A stretch of DNA of 64,000 bases from Escherichia coli. Its GTDB lineage: Bacteria; Pseudomonadota; Gammaproteobacteria; Enterobacterales; Enterobacteriaceae. The first letter of the stretch is position 1, and every line of letters begins with the position of its first letter. Location of the stretch: NCBI RefSeq assembly GCF_017348835.2, contig NZ_CP071375.1; one strand, given 5' to 3'. The position numbers and the translations under genes are program-made. The notes below the pieces were generated by a model, which made no database searches, had not been told where the DNA came from, and saw nothing but the letters and a program-made list of their open reading frames with translations. Below, one piece after another: positions 11,832 through 29,020 of this stretch.

Positions 11832-13916
11832 CTACTTCTTCTTCGCTGCAGCTCTGCGCCGTCTGTCCAAATCCTTCAGCAACTTGTTCACGCCATCATC
11901 GGCAAACATCGTCTCAAGCGTTGCGGAAAGCTTGCGTCGCCAGTTTTTATACTGGTAACTGGTGCCAGGAATATTCACCGGTTCGGCCATATCCAGCCAG
12001 TCTTCCGGCTGTAGTCCTAACAGAGCACTGTTACTGTCGGCAATGTAGCGCTGCAAACCACGGTTCAGCGTCGGCGTCATCGACATCAACGATGCCTTAT
12101 GCCCGGCACGTTTTGGCAGACAACCATATTTATGCAGTGCATCCAGCAGCCCTTGCTTCGCCAGTTCGCGATCCTGATACAGACCGCGCAGTACCACTTC
12201 ATCCGGATACAGCCCCAGGGTTTTGCCCAGAGTTAGATCCCCGCTCTCCCAGTAGCCGCGTAGCGTAGGCAGGTCATGTGTCGCCGCAACCGCCATCGAC
12301 TGCTCCGGATACGCTTTCGGTGCACGGAACGTCTTCTCGTGGTCGTTTTCGAAATAGAGCACTTTGTAGGAGTACACACCGCTGCTGCGCAGCTTACCGA
12401 CAATCTCTACCGGTACGGTACCGAGATCTTCACCAATCACCATACAGCGATGACGTTTACTTTCGAGTGCCAGAATCGAGAGCAGATCATCCACCGGATA
12501 GTGAACATACGCGCCCTGATCCGCCGTCTCGCCATACGGTATCCACCACAAACGCAGCATCGACATCACATGGTCAATTCGTAATGCGCCGCAGTTTTGC
12601 ATATTGGCACGCAACAGCTCGATAAACGGTTCATAAGCACGCGCGGTGATGATATGCGGGTCCATTGGCGGCAATCCCCAGTTCTGCCCCAACGGGCCGA
12701 GGATATCCGGCGGCGCGCCAACCGACGCTTTCAGGCAATACAGTTCACGGTCACACCAGGTTTCCGCCCCACCTTCCGCTACGCCAACCGCCAGATCACG
12801 ATACAAGCCAATCGGCATTTCATAGCCCTGGCTTATCTCCCAGCAGGCGGCAAACTGGCTGTAAGCCAGCCACTGCAACCAGAGATAAAAATCGACGTCA
12901 TCGCGATGTTCTTCGCAGAACTGACGCACTTCTGGTGAATCCACGTTCTGATACATCTCTGGCCATGCAGGCCAGCCCCAGCGCATTTCGTCCTCTTTCA
13001 CTTGCTGGGCATGTAGCGCATCAAAAGCTGCCTGCCAGAACAGGCTGTCGCCTTGATCTGCAACAAACTGGCGAAACGCGGCCATCTGCTCATCATCACG
13101 TTGCGCGAAACCTTTCCACGCCATTCGTAATGCTGTCATTTTTAGGGCGGTAACCGTGGAGTAATCGACCCAGTCGGCATCCCGCGCCTGTTGCAGCGTC
13201 TGTTGCGTGGTCGGCAACTGCCACCAGGCCTGAGCCTCTTCGCTAAGATGGAAATCTTCGACGGCGTTAACGTCGATATAAATCACATTCAGCCAACGGC
13301 GAGAAGACGGGCTGTATGGGCTGGCACTCTCCGGATTTGCCGGATAGAGCGCATGAATCGGGTTCAGGCCGATGAACGACCCGCCACGTTTTGCCACATC
13401 CACCAGCATCGCTTTGAGATCGCCAAAATCCCCAATACCCCAGTTTTTTTCCGATCGCAGCGTATAAAGCTGGACGCAGGCACCCCACAGCTTTTGTTTA
13501 TTCAGCAACGCCTGCGGTTCGTAACAGCGTTTCGGGGCGACAATCACCCGGCAATGCGCGCGCTGGTCGTCCTGGGTGAGTGTCAGCGTGTGATAACCTT
13601 CCGGCAGCTTCGTCGGTAGATTGAACGCTTTGCCCCCCGTTACATGGCCTTTGTACTGCGTTCCTTCTTCGGTGGTCAGCAGCCAGCTATATTCGCCGCT
13701 GCCCTCCACCACCATCGGCATTTTTTTGCCGCTGGTATAAACCATGACATTCGGGACTGGCGTTACCGCCACTTTCGTGGCGGTACGTTGATGCATCGCG
13801 TCAAGCAAACGCCGTTTGGTTTCGGCGCTAATCGACTGCGGTTTACCGTGGGCATTGATGTAATTGGGGCTAATCCCCGCCGCCAGCGCGGCATTATCCA
13901 GACGTTTGCTTTCCAT
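11832..13916 (-). CDS. malQ: 4-alpha-glucanotransferase (amylomaltase)
   Basis: 694 aa, MESKRLDNAALAAGISPNYINAHGKPQ... Confidence 0.93.
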   Translation of the reverse strand: MESKRLDNAALAAGISPNYINAHGKPQSISAETKRRLLDAMHQRTATKVAVTPVPNVMVYTSGKKMPMVVEGSGEYSWLLTTEEGTQYKGHVTGGKAFNLPTKLPEGYHTLTLTQDDQRAHCRVIVAPKRCYEPQALLNKQKLWGACVQLYTLRSEKNWGIGDFGDLKAMLVDVAKRGGSFIGLNPIHALYPANPESASPYSPSSRRWLNVIYIDVNAVEDFHLSEEAQAWWQLPTTQQTLQQARDADWVDYSTVTALKMTALRMAWKGFAQRDDEQMAAFRQFVADQGDSLFWQAAFDALHAQQVKEDEMRWGWPAWPEMYQNVDSPEVRQFCEEHRDDVDFYLWLQWLAYSQFAACWEISQGYEMPIGLYRDLAVGVAEGGAETWCDRELYCLKASVGAPPDILGPLGQNWGLPPMDPHIITARAYEPFIELLRANMQNCGALRIDHVMSMLRLWWIPYGETADQGAYVHYPVDDLLSILALESKRHRCMVIGEDLGTVPVEIVGKLRSSGVYSYKVLYFENDHEKTFRAPKAYPEQSMAVAATHDLPTLRGYWESGDLTLGKTLGLYPDEVVLRGLYQDRELAKQGLLDALHKYGCLPKRAGHKASLMSMTPTLNRGLQRYIADSNSALLGLQPEDWLDMAEPVNIPGTSYQYKNWRRKLSATLETMFADDGVNKLLKDLDRRRRAAAKKK

Positions 13917-13925
13917 CGAGCTTCC

Positions 13926-16343
<2,418 letters not shown>

Positions 16344-16384
16344 TCAACACAACGTTATCGCTAGTTTGCCAGGCTCGATGTTGA

Positions 16385-16445
16385 CCTTCCTCATCCTGCG
16401 GGGGATTAGGCAGGGAGGAGTTGCGGGGATGAGCAAGGAAATGTG
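16385..16445. promoter_or_regulatory. malPQ promoter region with MalT-box-like GGATGA motifs
   Basis: cctcatcc (reverse GGATGAGG) and ggggatgag upstream of malP. Confidence 0.35.
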
Positions 16446-16788
16446 ATCTCAACCACTTAAAGCTAGTGCAAACCACAGGATTAGCAGCAAATCAATGCCA
16501 TACAGCGCAGAAAATCTGTATCTAAGTGCAAAAAATGGCCGTTGCGTATTTTCAAAAAGCGGAAGGTAACTCTATAAATTAAGTAAAGGAGTGAAACAGT
16601 TTCACAAGTAAAATATCCAGTGTGCTCCATCTCATTCTTAATAGATTTATTAAGATCATCTTTTTAGATAGCACTTTCATCAGGAATGAAGAAGAAACCC
16701 TTGCTTAAATGAATCTGATGAACATAAGGGAAACCAGTATTCACGCTGGATCAGCGTCGTTTTAGGTGAGTTGTTAATAAAGATTTGG

Positions 16789-16812
16789 AATTGTGACACA
16801 GTGCAAATTCAG
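16789..16812 (+). promoter_or_regulatory. Candidate CRP site of the malT promoter
   Basis: aattgtgacacagtgcaaattcag contains a TGTGA half-site about 120 bp upstream of the malT start. Confidence 0.4.
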
Positions 16813-16924
16813 ACACATAAAAAAACGTCATCGCTTGCATTAGAAAGGTTTCTGGCCGACCTTATAACCATTAATTACGAAGCGCAAAAAAAATAATATT
16901 TCCTCATTTTCCACAGTGAAGTGA

Positions 16925-19636
<2,712 letters not shown>

Positions 19637-19696
19637 GTTTGTATAGCGTTTTTATGTACACTCTTTATACTGTATATAAAATCGCACTACAGGCTC

Positions 19697-19981
19697 ATGA
19701 ATATGAAACCGGAAAGCAAAGAAGCGCCAATCAATATCAGAGCGAAAGCCTCACAGCGTGACCTGATTGATATGGCAGCGAATCTGGTCGCAAAATCGCG
19801 CACTGATTTTATGCTGGATGCCGCATGCCGTGAAGCGCAAGACATCTTATTAGATCAACGACTATTCATCGTTGATGACGAGCAATACGATGCGTTTCTG
19901 GCTGCCCTGGACGCCCCCATCACTGCTGAGCGTCAGGCCAAAATTAACGCATTGATGAATCGTAAATCGCCATGGGAATAA
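19697..19981 (+). CDS. DUF1778-type antitoxin (TacA/AtaR-like)
   Basis: 94 aa; ...INIRAKASQRDLIDMAANLVAKSRTDFMLDAA...KSPWE; overlaps downstream GNAT gene by 10 nt. Confidence 0.75.
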   Translation: MNMKPESKEAPINIRAKASQRDLIDMAANLVAKSRTDFMLDAACREAQDILLDQRLFIVDDEQYDAFLAALDAPITAERQAKINALMNRKSPWE

Positions 19982-20457
19982 CGGCTCCTACTCCCCTAAC
20001 GTCTGAACATAATCTGGCTGACTTTTGCTGTTCCGATCACGGGATGAATGAATGGCTAAAAAAGAAAGCGTTAAAAAATCACAGCTCCGGTCTGTCTCGT
20101 GTTTACGTTATCTGTATTGCCAATACCCGCCAGGTAATCGGCTATTACTGCCTTTCTACAGGCAGTATTCAACGTAATTTGGCTCCTGGAGCCATGCGAC
20201 GTAATGCTCCCGAATCGTTGCCTGTTGTCGTATTAGGCAGACTGGCAATTGATCAAGCCTGGGCAGGTAAAGGGTTGGGCGTCGCATTGTTGAAAGATGC
20301 AGTCTATCGCACAATGTCCATAGCTCAACAGGTAGGGGTTCGTGCGCTCATTGTTCATGCCTTAGACGATTCAGTACGCAATTTCTATCTGAAGTATGCC
20401 TTTGTACCTTCACCATTCCAGTCACTTACCTTACTGTATCCCATTACTCTGGAGTAA
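19972..20457 (+). CDS. GNAT acetyltransferase toxin (TacT/AtaT/ItaT-like)
   Basis: 161 aa; acetyl-CoA binding motif AWAGKGLGVALL; paired with the DUF1778 gene; no counterpart here in my recollection of K-12. Confidence 0.75.
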   Translation: MGITAPTPLTSEHNLADFCCSDHGMNEWLKKKALKNHSSGLSRVYVICIANTRQVIGYYCLSTGSIQRNLAPGAMRRNAPESLPVVVLGRLAIDQAWAGKGLGVALLKDAVYRTMSIAQQVGVRALIVHALDDSVRNFYLKYAFVPSPFQSLTLLYPITLE

Positions 20458-20506
20458 TTTACCTCTACCGGATAGTCACACTGATGAGTCTGATCCGGCA
20501 GGGATT

Positions 20507-21538
<1,032 letters not shown>

Positions 21539-22766
21539 TTATCCTTTTACGCACACCACCTGACGTAGGGTGTAGATAACTTCCACCAGATCGCTTTGTG
21601 CCGCCATCACCGCATCAATATCTTTATACGCCATCGGGATTTCGTCGATCACTTCGGCATCTTTACGGCATTCCACATGCGCGGTGGCACGAATTTGGTC
21701 TTCCACGCTGAACAGTTTTTTCGCTTTAGTTCGGCTCATTACCCGCCCGGCACCGTGGCTGCACGAACAGAACGACTCTTCATTTCCCAGTCCACGAACG
21801 ATAAAGCTTTTTGCCCCCATCGAACCGGGAATAATTCCATATTGACCAGCACGCGCAGACACCGCGCCTTTACGCGTCACGTAGATCTCTTCACCAAAGT
21901 GCTGTTCTTTTTGCACATAGTTGTGGTGACAGTTGATCTCTTCCATCGCCAGCGTTTGTGGCTGTCTGACCGTTTTCTGCGTAATGCTCTGCAACGCCGT
22001 TACCACGTTTTCCATCATCGCATCGCGGTTAAGGCTGGCGAAAAGCTGCGCCCAGGCCACGGCTCTTAGGTAATCATCAAAGTATTCCGTACCTTCCATA
22101 AAGTACGCCAGATCACGCGACGGCAACGTCTCAAGTTGGTCCTGCATCTCTATTTTGCGCCAGATCGATAAAGTAAGTCCCGATGGCATTACCAATTCCG
22201 CGTGAACCGGAGTGCAGCATAATCCACACCTGGTCCGACTCATCAAGGCAGATTTCAATAAAGTGGTTACCCGTTCCCAGCGTTCCCAGGTGTTTATAGT
22301 TGTTAGTGTTAAGGAAACGCGGATATTTTTGCGTTAACCACTGATAACCGGCTTCCAGCTCAGCCCATTTCGCATCGACGTTAACAGGCGGATTTTCCCA
22401 TGCACCTTTATCACGTTTACAACGTCCGGTAGTACGCCCGTGCGGCACCGCAGTTTCAATCGCCTGACGCAGCTCCGCCAGGTTTTCCGGCAGGTCAGCC
22501 GCCGTTAAAGCGGTACGTAGTGCGTTCATTCCACAGCCAATATCCACGCCCACCGCCGCCGGAATAATCGCCCCTTTGGTCGGGATCACGCTACCAATGG
22601 TGGAACCTTTACCCAGGTGTACATCAGGCATTACCGCAATATGTTTGAAAATAAACGGCATCTTCGCCGTATTAATAAGTTGCTGACGCGCATCGGCTTC
22701 TACCGGCACGCCTTTGGTCCACATTTTTACCGGGGCATTTTCAGTGGTCAGTAATTCGTAATTCAT
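21539..22766 (-). pseudogene. rtcB: RNA ligase RtcB, frameshifted
   Basis: Two overlapping minus-strand ORFs (22131..22766, RtcB N-terminus ending ...IDLAQ then 7 out-of-frame codons; 21539..22258, continuing in another frame from ...IEMQDQLETLPSRDLAYF to ...VVCVKG); frame switch at the T4 run at 22153-22156. Confidence 0.8.
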
Positions 22767-22802
22767 TTTGTTTTTCTCTTTTCGTTGGTATGTCCTGATA
22801 AT

Positions 22803-22818
22803 TGCAACCGTCGTGCCA
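22803..22818 (-). promoter_or_regulatory. Sigma-54 promoter of rtcBA
   Basis: Minus-strand TGGCAC-N5-TTGCA (ctggcacgacggttgcaa) upstream of rtcB; the divergent rtcR encodes a sigma-54 activator. Confidence 0.75.
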
Positions 22819-22952
22819 GAAAATCAAATAAGCAGATTAATTTTTTAATTCATTGTTTTAAAAAAGATTATATCTTTACGTCCGTAACCGGAGATTTCCC
22901 GCAAAGCCGATTTACCGATAATGAAATATCGTCTTTTATAAGGATATCTAAG

Positions 22953-24551
22953 ATGCGTAAAACAGTGGCTTTTGGCTTTGTCGGAACGGTGCTGGATTAT
23001 GCCGGGCGCGGCAGTCAGCGCTGGTCGAAATGGCGTCCGACGCTTTGTTTATGCCAGCAAGAATCGTTGGTCATCGATCGACTGGAATTATTGCATGACG
23101 CCCGCTCGCGCTCGCTATTTGAAACGCTTAAACGCGATATCGCCAGCGTTTCGCCAGAAACAGAAGTGGTGAGCGTTGAGATTGAACTGCATAACCCGTG
23201 GGATTTCGAAGAGGTTTACGCCTGCCTGCATGATTTCGCCCGTGGTTACGAGTTTCAGCCAGAAAAAGAAGACTATTTAATTCACATCACCACCGGCACC
23301 CACGTCGCGCAGATTTGCTGGTTTCTGCTGGCGGAAGCGCGTTACCTGCCCGCCCGGTTGATACAATCTTCACCTCCGCGCAAAAAAGAACAACCGCGCG
23401 GCCTAGGTGAAGTGACGATTATCGATCTCGATTTAAGCCGTTATAACGCCATCGCCAGCCGCTTTGCCGAGGAACGCCAGCAAACGCTTGATTTTCTTAA
23501 GTCCGGTATTGCCACGCGTAACCCCCACTTCAACCGCATGATTGAGCAGATTGAAAAAGTGGCGATTAAATCCCGCGCACCGATCCTGCTAAACGGCCCA
23601 ACCGGTGCGGGCAAGTCATTTCTGGCGCGACGTATATTTGAATTAAAACAGGCGCGGCATCAGTTTAGCGGCGCGTTTGTGGAAGTGAACTGCGCAACCC
23701 TGCGCGGCGATACCGCCATGTCGACGCTGTTTGGTCATGTGAAAGGCGCGTTTACCGGGGCGCGGGAATCTCGTGAAGGATTATTACGCAGCGCCAACGG
23801 CGGAATGTTGTTTCTTGATGAGATTGGCGAACTGGGCGCAGACGAACAGGCAATGCTGCTTAAAGCCATTGAAGAAAAAACCTTTTATCCGTTTGGCAGC
23901 GATCGCCAGGTGAGCAGTGATTTTCAGCTTATCGCCGGAACGGTGCGTGATTTGCGCCAGCTGGTTGCCGAAGGAAAATTTCGCGAAGACCTGTACGCGC
24001 GGATCAATCTCTGGACCTTCACCCTGCCGGGGCTACGCCAGCGCCAGGAAGATATTGAACCTAACCTGGATTATGAAGTGGAGCGTCACGCCGGGCTTAC
24101 CGGCGACAGCGTGCGTTTTAACACCGAAGCGCGGCGCGCCTGGCTGGCCTTTGCGACATCTCCCCAGGCAACATGGCGCGGTAACTTTCGTGAACTTTCT
24201 GCCAGCGTCACGCGGATGGCGACGTTTGCCACGAGCGGACGCATTACTCTGGAAGTGGTTGAAGATGAGATAAACCGTCTGCGCTATAACTGGCAGGAGA
24301 GCCGCCCCTCCGCGCTTACGCAGCTACTGGGCGCAGAGGCAGAAAACATCGATCTCTTCGACCGTATGCAACTGGAACACGTTATCGCAATCTGCCGCCA
24401 GGCAAAGTCGCTTTCCGCAGCCGGACGCCAGCTTTTTGACGTTTCGCGCCAGGGCAAAGCCAGCGTCAATGACGCGGATCGGCTACGCAAATACCTGGCG
24501 CGTTTTGGTCTGACGTGGGAAGCCGTGCAGGATCAGCACAGCTCCAGTTGA
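22953..24551 (+). CDS. rtcR: Sigma-54-dependent transcriptional activator RtcR
   Basis: ORF-track frame trimmed to [18 protein letters not shown]...; 532 aa; AAA+ motifs GPTGAGKS and GAFTGA. Confidence 0.9.
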   Translation: MRKTVAFGFVGTVLDYAGRGSQRWSKWRPTLCLCQQESLVIDRLELLHDARSRSLFETLKRDIASVSPETEVVSVEIELHNPWDFEEVYACLHDFARGYEFQPEKEDYLIHITTGTHVAQICWFLLAEARYLPARLIQSSPPRKKEQPRGLGEVTIIDLDLSRYNAIASRFAEERQQTLDFLKSGIATRNPHFNRMIEQIEKVAIKSRAPILLNGPTGAGKSFLARRIFELKQARHQFSGAFVEVNCATLRGDTAMSTLFGHVKGAFTGARESREGLLRSANGGMLFLDEIGELGADEQAMLLKAIEEKTFYPFGSDRQVSSDFQLIAGTVRDLRQLVAEGKFREDLYARINLWTFTLPGLRQRQEDIEPNLDYEVERHAGLTGDSVRFNTEARRAWLAFATSPQATWRGNFRELSASVTRMATFATSGRITLEVVEDEINRLRYNWQESRPSALTQLLGAEAENIDLFDRMQLEHVIAICRQAKSLSAAGRQLFDVSRQGKASVNDADRLRKYLARFGLTWEAVQDQHSSS

Positions 24552-25291
24552 ATATGGTGGTCCGTCAGCACCTGCATCACGCTTACTGGCGGCGGGGCGT
24601 CGGTGTAGACGGCATCTACCATGCTGATGCTGCCCATATTGACCATCGCGTTACGGCCAAATTTCGAGTGGTCGACCACCAGCATAACGTGGCGCGAGTT
24701 CTCAATAATGGCGCGCTTGGTGCGAACTTCGTGGTAATCGAACTCCAGCAGCGAGCCGTCGCTATCGATGCCGCTTATCCCCAGAATGCCGAAATCAAGG
24801 CGGAACTGGGAGATAAAATCGAGCGTCGCTTCGCCAATGATCCCGCCATCGCGGCTGCGTAATTCGCCACCGGCGAGAATAATGCGGAAATCTTCTTTTA
24901 CCATCAACGTGTTAGCAACATTGAGATTGTTGGTGACAATACGCAAATTGCTGTGATTAAGCAGCGCGTGCGCCACCGCTTCCGGCGTGGTGCCAATATC
25001 GATAAACAGCGTCGAGCCGTTGGGGATTTGCTCCGCCACTTTACGGGCGATGCGCTCTTTTTCTTCGGTCTGGGTGGCCTTGCGATCGTGCCACGGCGTG
25101 TTAACCGAACTGGAAGGCAGCGCCGCACCGCCGTGATGGCGCAGGATCAGGTTTTGCTCCGCCAGTTCGTTAAGGTCGCGGCGAATAGTCTGCGGGCTGA
25201 CGGAGAAATGCTCTACCAGCTCTTCGGTACTGACATAACCCTGCTGTTTAACCAGTTCGATAATACCGTTGTGACGTTGTGTTTGTTTCAT
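24533..25291 (-). CDS. glpR: Glycerol-3-phosphate regulon repressor (DeoR family)
   Basis: Trimmed to MKQTQRHNGIIELVKQQGYVSTEELVEHF...; 252 aa. Confidence 0.9.
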   Translation of the reverse strand: MKQTQRHNGIIELVKQQGYVSTEELVEHFSVSPQTIRRDLNELAEQNLILRHHGGAALPSSSVNTPWHDRKATQTEEKERIARKVAEQIPNGSTLFIDIGTTPEAVAHALLNHSNLRIVTNNLNVANTLMVKEDFRIILAGGELRSRDGGIIGEATLDFISQFRLDFGILGISGIDSDGSLLEFDYHEVRTKRAIIENSRHVMLVVDHSKFGRNAMVNMGSISMVDAVYTDAPPPVSVMQVLTDHHIQLELC

Positions 25292-25307
25292 TTCTAAATC
25301 CCTGGAA

Positions 25308-26150
<843 letters not shown>

Positions 26151-26182
26151 TTATTCCACACAAAAGGGGACAGTATAAAGCG

Positions 26183-26587
<405 letters not shown>

Positions 26588-26647
26588 TTATACATATCAC
26601 TCTAAAATGTTTTTTCAATGTTACCTAAAGCGCGATTCTTTGCTAAC

Positions 26648-26665
26648 ATGTTCGATAACGAACAT
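26648..26665. promoter_or_regulatory. GlpR operator in the glpD/glpE divergent promoter
   Basis: atgttcgataacgaacat, a near-perfect palindrome resembling the glp operator consensus TGTTCGATAACGAACA. Confidence 0.55.
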
Positions 26666-26698
26666 TTATGAGCTTTAACGAAAGTGAATGAGGGCAGC

Positions 26699-28204
26699 AT
26701 GGAAACCAAAGATCTGATTGTGATAGGGGGCGGCATCAATGGTGCTGGTATCGCGGCAGACGCCGCTGGACGCGGTTTATCCGTGCTGATGCTGGAGGCG
26801 CAGGATCTCGCTTGCGCGACCTCTTCCGCCAGTTCAAAACTCATTCACGGTGGCCTGCGCTACCTTGAGCACTATGAATTCCGCCTGGTCAGCGAGGCGC
26901 TGGCTGAACGTGAAGTGCTGCTGAAAATGGCCCCGCATATCGCCTTCCCGATGCGTTTTCGCCTGCCGCATCGTCCGCATCTGCGCCCGGCGTGGATGAT
27001 TCGGATTGGTCTGTTTATGTACGATCATCTGGGTAAACGCACCAGCCTGCCGGGATCAACCGGTTTGCGTTTTGGCGCAAATTCAGTGTTAAAACCGGAA
27101 ATTAAGCGCGGATTCGAATATTCCGACTGTTGGGTAGACGATGCCCGTCTGGTGCTCGCCAACGCCCAGATGGTGGTGCGTAAAGGCGGCGAAGTGCTTA
27201 CTCGTACTCGTGCTACTTCTGCTCGTCGCGAAAACGGCCTGTGGATTGTGGAAGCGGAAGATATCGATACCGGCAAAAAATATAGCTGGCAAGCGCGCGG
27301 CCTGGTTAACGCCACCGGCCCGTGGGTGAAACAGTTCTTCGACGACGGGATGCATCTGCCTTCGCCTTATGGCATTCGCCTGATCAAAGGCAGCCATATT
27401 GTGGTGCCGCGCGTGCATACCCAAAAGCAGGCCTACATTCTGCAAAACGAAGATAAACGCATTGTGTTCGTGATCCCGTGGATGGACGAGTTTTCCATCA
27501 TCGGCACCACCGATGTGGAATACAAAGGTGATCCGAAAGCAGTGAAGATTGAAGAGAGTGAAATCAATTACCTGCTGAAAGTGTATAACGCGCACTTTAA
27601 AAAACAACTTAGCCGTGACGATATCGTCTGGACCTACTCCGGTGTGCGTCCGCTGTGTGATGATGAGTCCGACTCGCCGCAGGCTATTACCCGTGATTAC
27701 ACCCTTGATATCCATGATGAAAACGGCAAAGCACCGCTGCTGTCGGTATTCGGCGGTAAGTTGACCACCTACCGCAAACTGGCGGAACATGCGCTGGAAA
27801 AACTGACGCCGTATTATCAGGGCATTGGCCCGGCATGGACGAAAGAGAGCGTGCTGCCGGGTGGTGCCATTGAAGGCGACCGCGACGATTACGCAGCTCG
27901 TCTGCGCCGTCGCTATCCATTCCTGACTGAATCGCTGGCGCGTCATTACGCACGCACTTACGGCAGCAACAGCGAGCTGCTGCTCGGCAATGCGGGGGCG
28001 ATAAGCGACCTCGGGGAGGATTTCGGTCATGAGTTCTACGAAGCGGAACTGAAATACCTGGTGGATCACGAATGGGTCCGCCGCGCCGACGATGCCCTGT
28101 GGCGTCGCACAAAACAAGGCATGTGGCTGAATGCGGATCAACAATCTCGTGTGAGTCAGTGGCTGGTGGAATATACGCAGCAGAAGTTGTCGCTGGCGTC
28201 GTAA
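26699..28204 (+). CDS. glpD: Aerobic glycerol-3-phosphate dehydrogenase
   Basis: Trimmed to METKDLIVIGGGINGAGIAADAAGRG (FAD-binding GxGxxG); 501 aa. Confidence 0.92.
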   Translation: METKDLIVIGGGINGAGIAADAAGRGLSVLMLEAQDLACATSSASSKLIHGGLRYLEHYEFRLVSEALAEREVLLKMAPHIAFPMRFRLPHRPHLRPAWMIRIGLFMYDHLGKRTSLPGSTGLRFGANSVLKPEIKRGFEYSDCWVDDARLVLANAQMVVRKGGEVLTRTRATSARRENGLWIVEAEDIDTGKKYSWQARGLVNATGPWVKQFFDDGMHLPSPYGIRLIKGSHIVVPRVHTQKQAYILQNEDKRIVFVIPWMDEFSIIGTTDVEYKGDPKAVKIEESEINYLLKVYNAHFKKQLSRDDIVWTYSGVRPLCDDESDSPQAITRDYTLDIHDENGKAPLLSVFGGKLTTYRKLAEHALEKLTPYYQGIGPAWTKESVLPGGAIEGDRDDYAARLRRRYPFLTESLARHYARTYGSNSELLLGNAGAISDLGEDFGHEFYEAELKYLVDHEWVRRADDALWRRTKQGMWLNADQQSRVSQWLVEYTQQKLSLAS

Positions 28205-28267
28205 ATTAACGTAAGGTGATCAGGTCAGATTTCAATCTGGCCTGAGACTGATGACAAACACAAAATT

Positions 28268-28365
28268 GCCTGATGCGCTACGCTTATCAGGCCTACGTGG
28301 TTTATGCAATATATTGAATTTGCATGATTTTGTAGGCCTGAGAAGGCGTTCACGCCGCATCAGGC
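28268..28365. repeat. BIME-like pair of REP elements downstream of glpD
   Basis: gcctgatgcgctacgcttatcaggcctac (28268-28296) and gtaggcctgagaaggcgttcacgccgcatcaggc (28332-28365). Confidence 0.65.
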
Positions 28366-28417
28366 ATGAACAACGTGCACTTTGTCAACAATCTGACCTA
28401 CTTTTTGAGTCAGAGAA

Positions 28418-29020
28418 TTACCGTAAAGCCCACGCCATCATACCCAACGTAACAAAACTCAGGCACGTTCCCCACTCACTCCACTTCCGTATCTGGCTTC
28501 TATTTTTGCTACGCCACTGGCAATAATATCCCAACGCAAAACCAAGCTGTGCGCTTATTGGACCGATAAAATCCGTCCACGGCTGAGGCCAAAATGGCGA
28601 AAAATTCAGGGGTAGCCAGACAACAAGCAGAAAGAAATTGCGGATACTTTCCAGCAACGCAATTTTCGCTGGCGCGATGTAAAAAATGATATTCCAGAGG
28701 ATCAACCATAAATAGACCGGTGCGAATACCAACCAACAATGGAGCCTGCTTTTCAATTCAGATTGAGTTCTACGAGTAAATTGCCAACCGACACAACATA
28801 TTACACAGAAAAAAAGCGCATATTCAGCCGATAACCAAAGTTGTAATTGCAGAAGTGAAATACGCCTGATCATGAGCGAGATTGAGAACAGCATTTCCCC
28901 CAGAAAACTCAGCGTGATAATACAAGCAGCCAGTGCAACCACCGTCGGCCACACCAACAACGGTACAATAACAAAGCCGAGAAATAACGGATAAATATAA
29001 AGTCTGATTATATTCATCAT
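28418..29020 (-). CDS. Small polytopic membrane protein, function unknown
   Basis: 200 aa, hydrophobic throughout (5-6 predicted TM segments); start overlaps the stop of the upstream gene (TAATG). Confidence 0.6.
   Translation of the reverse strand: MMNIIRLYIYPLFLGFVIVPLLVWPTVVALAACIITLSFLGEMLFSISLMIRRISLLQLQLWLSAEYALFFCVICCVGWQFTRRTQSELKSRLHCWLVFAPVYLWLILWNIIFYIAPAKIALLESIRNFFLLVVWLPLNFSPFWPQPWTDFIGPISAQLGFALGYYCQWRSKNRSQIRKWSEWGTCLSFVTLGMMAWALR

Noticed and set aside
28251-28526. 91-aa plus-strand ORF downstream of glpD
   Set aside because: It runs straight through the two REP palindromes and overlaps the 3' end of the 200-aa membrane gene on the opposite strand; most likely a non-coding artefact.
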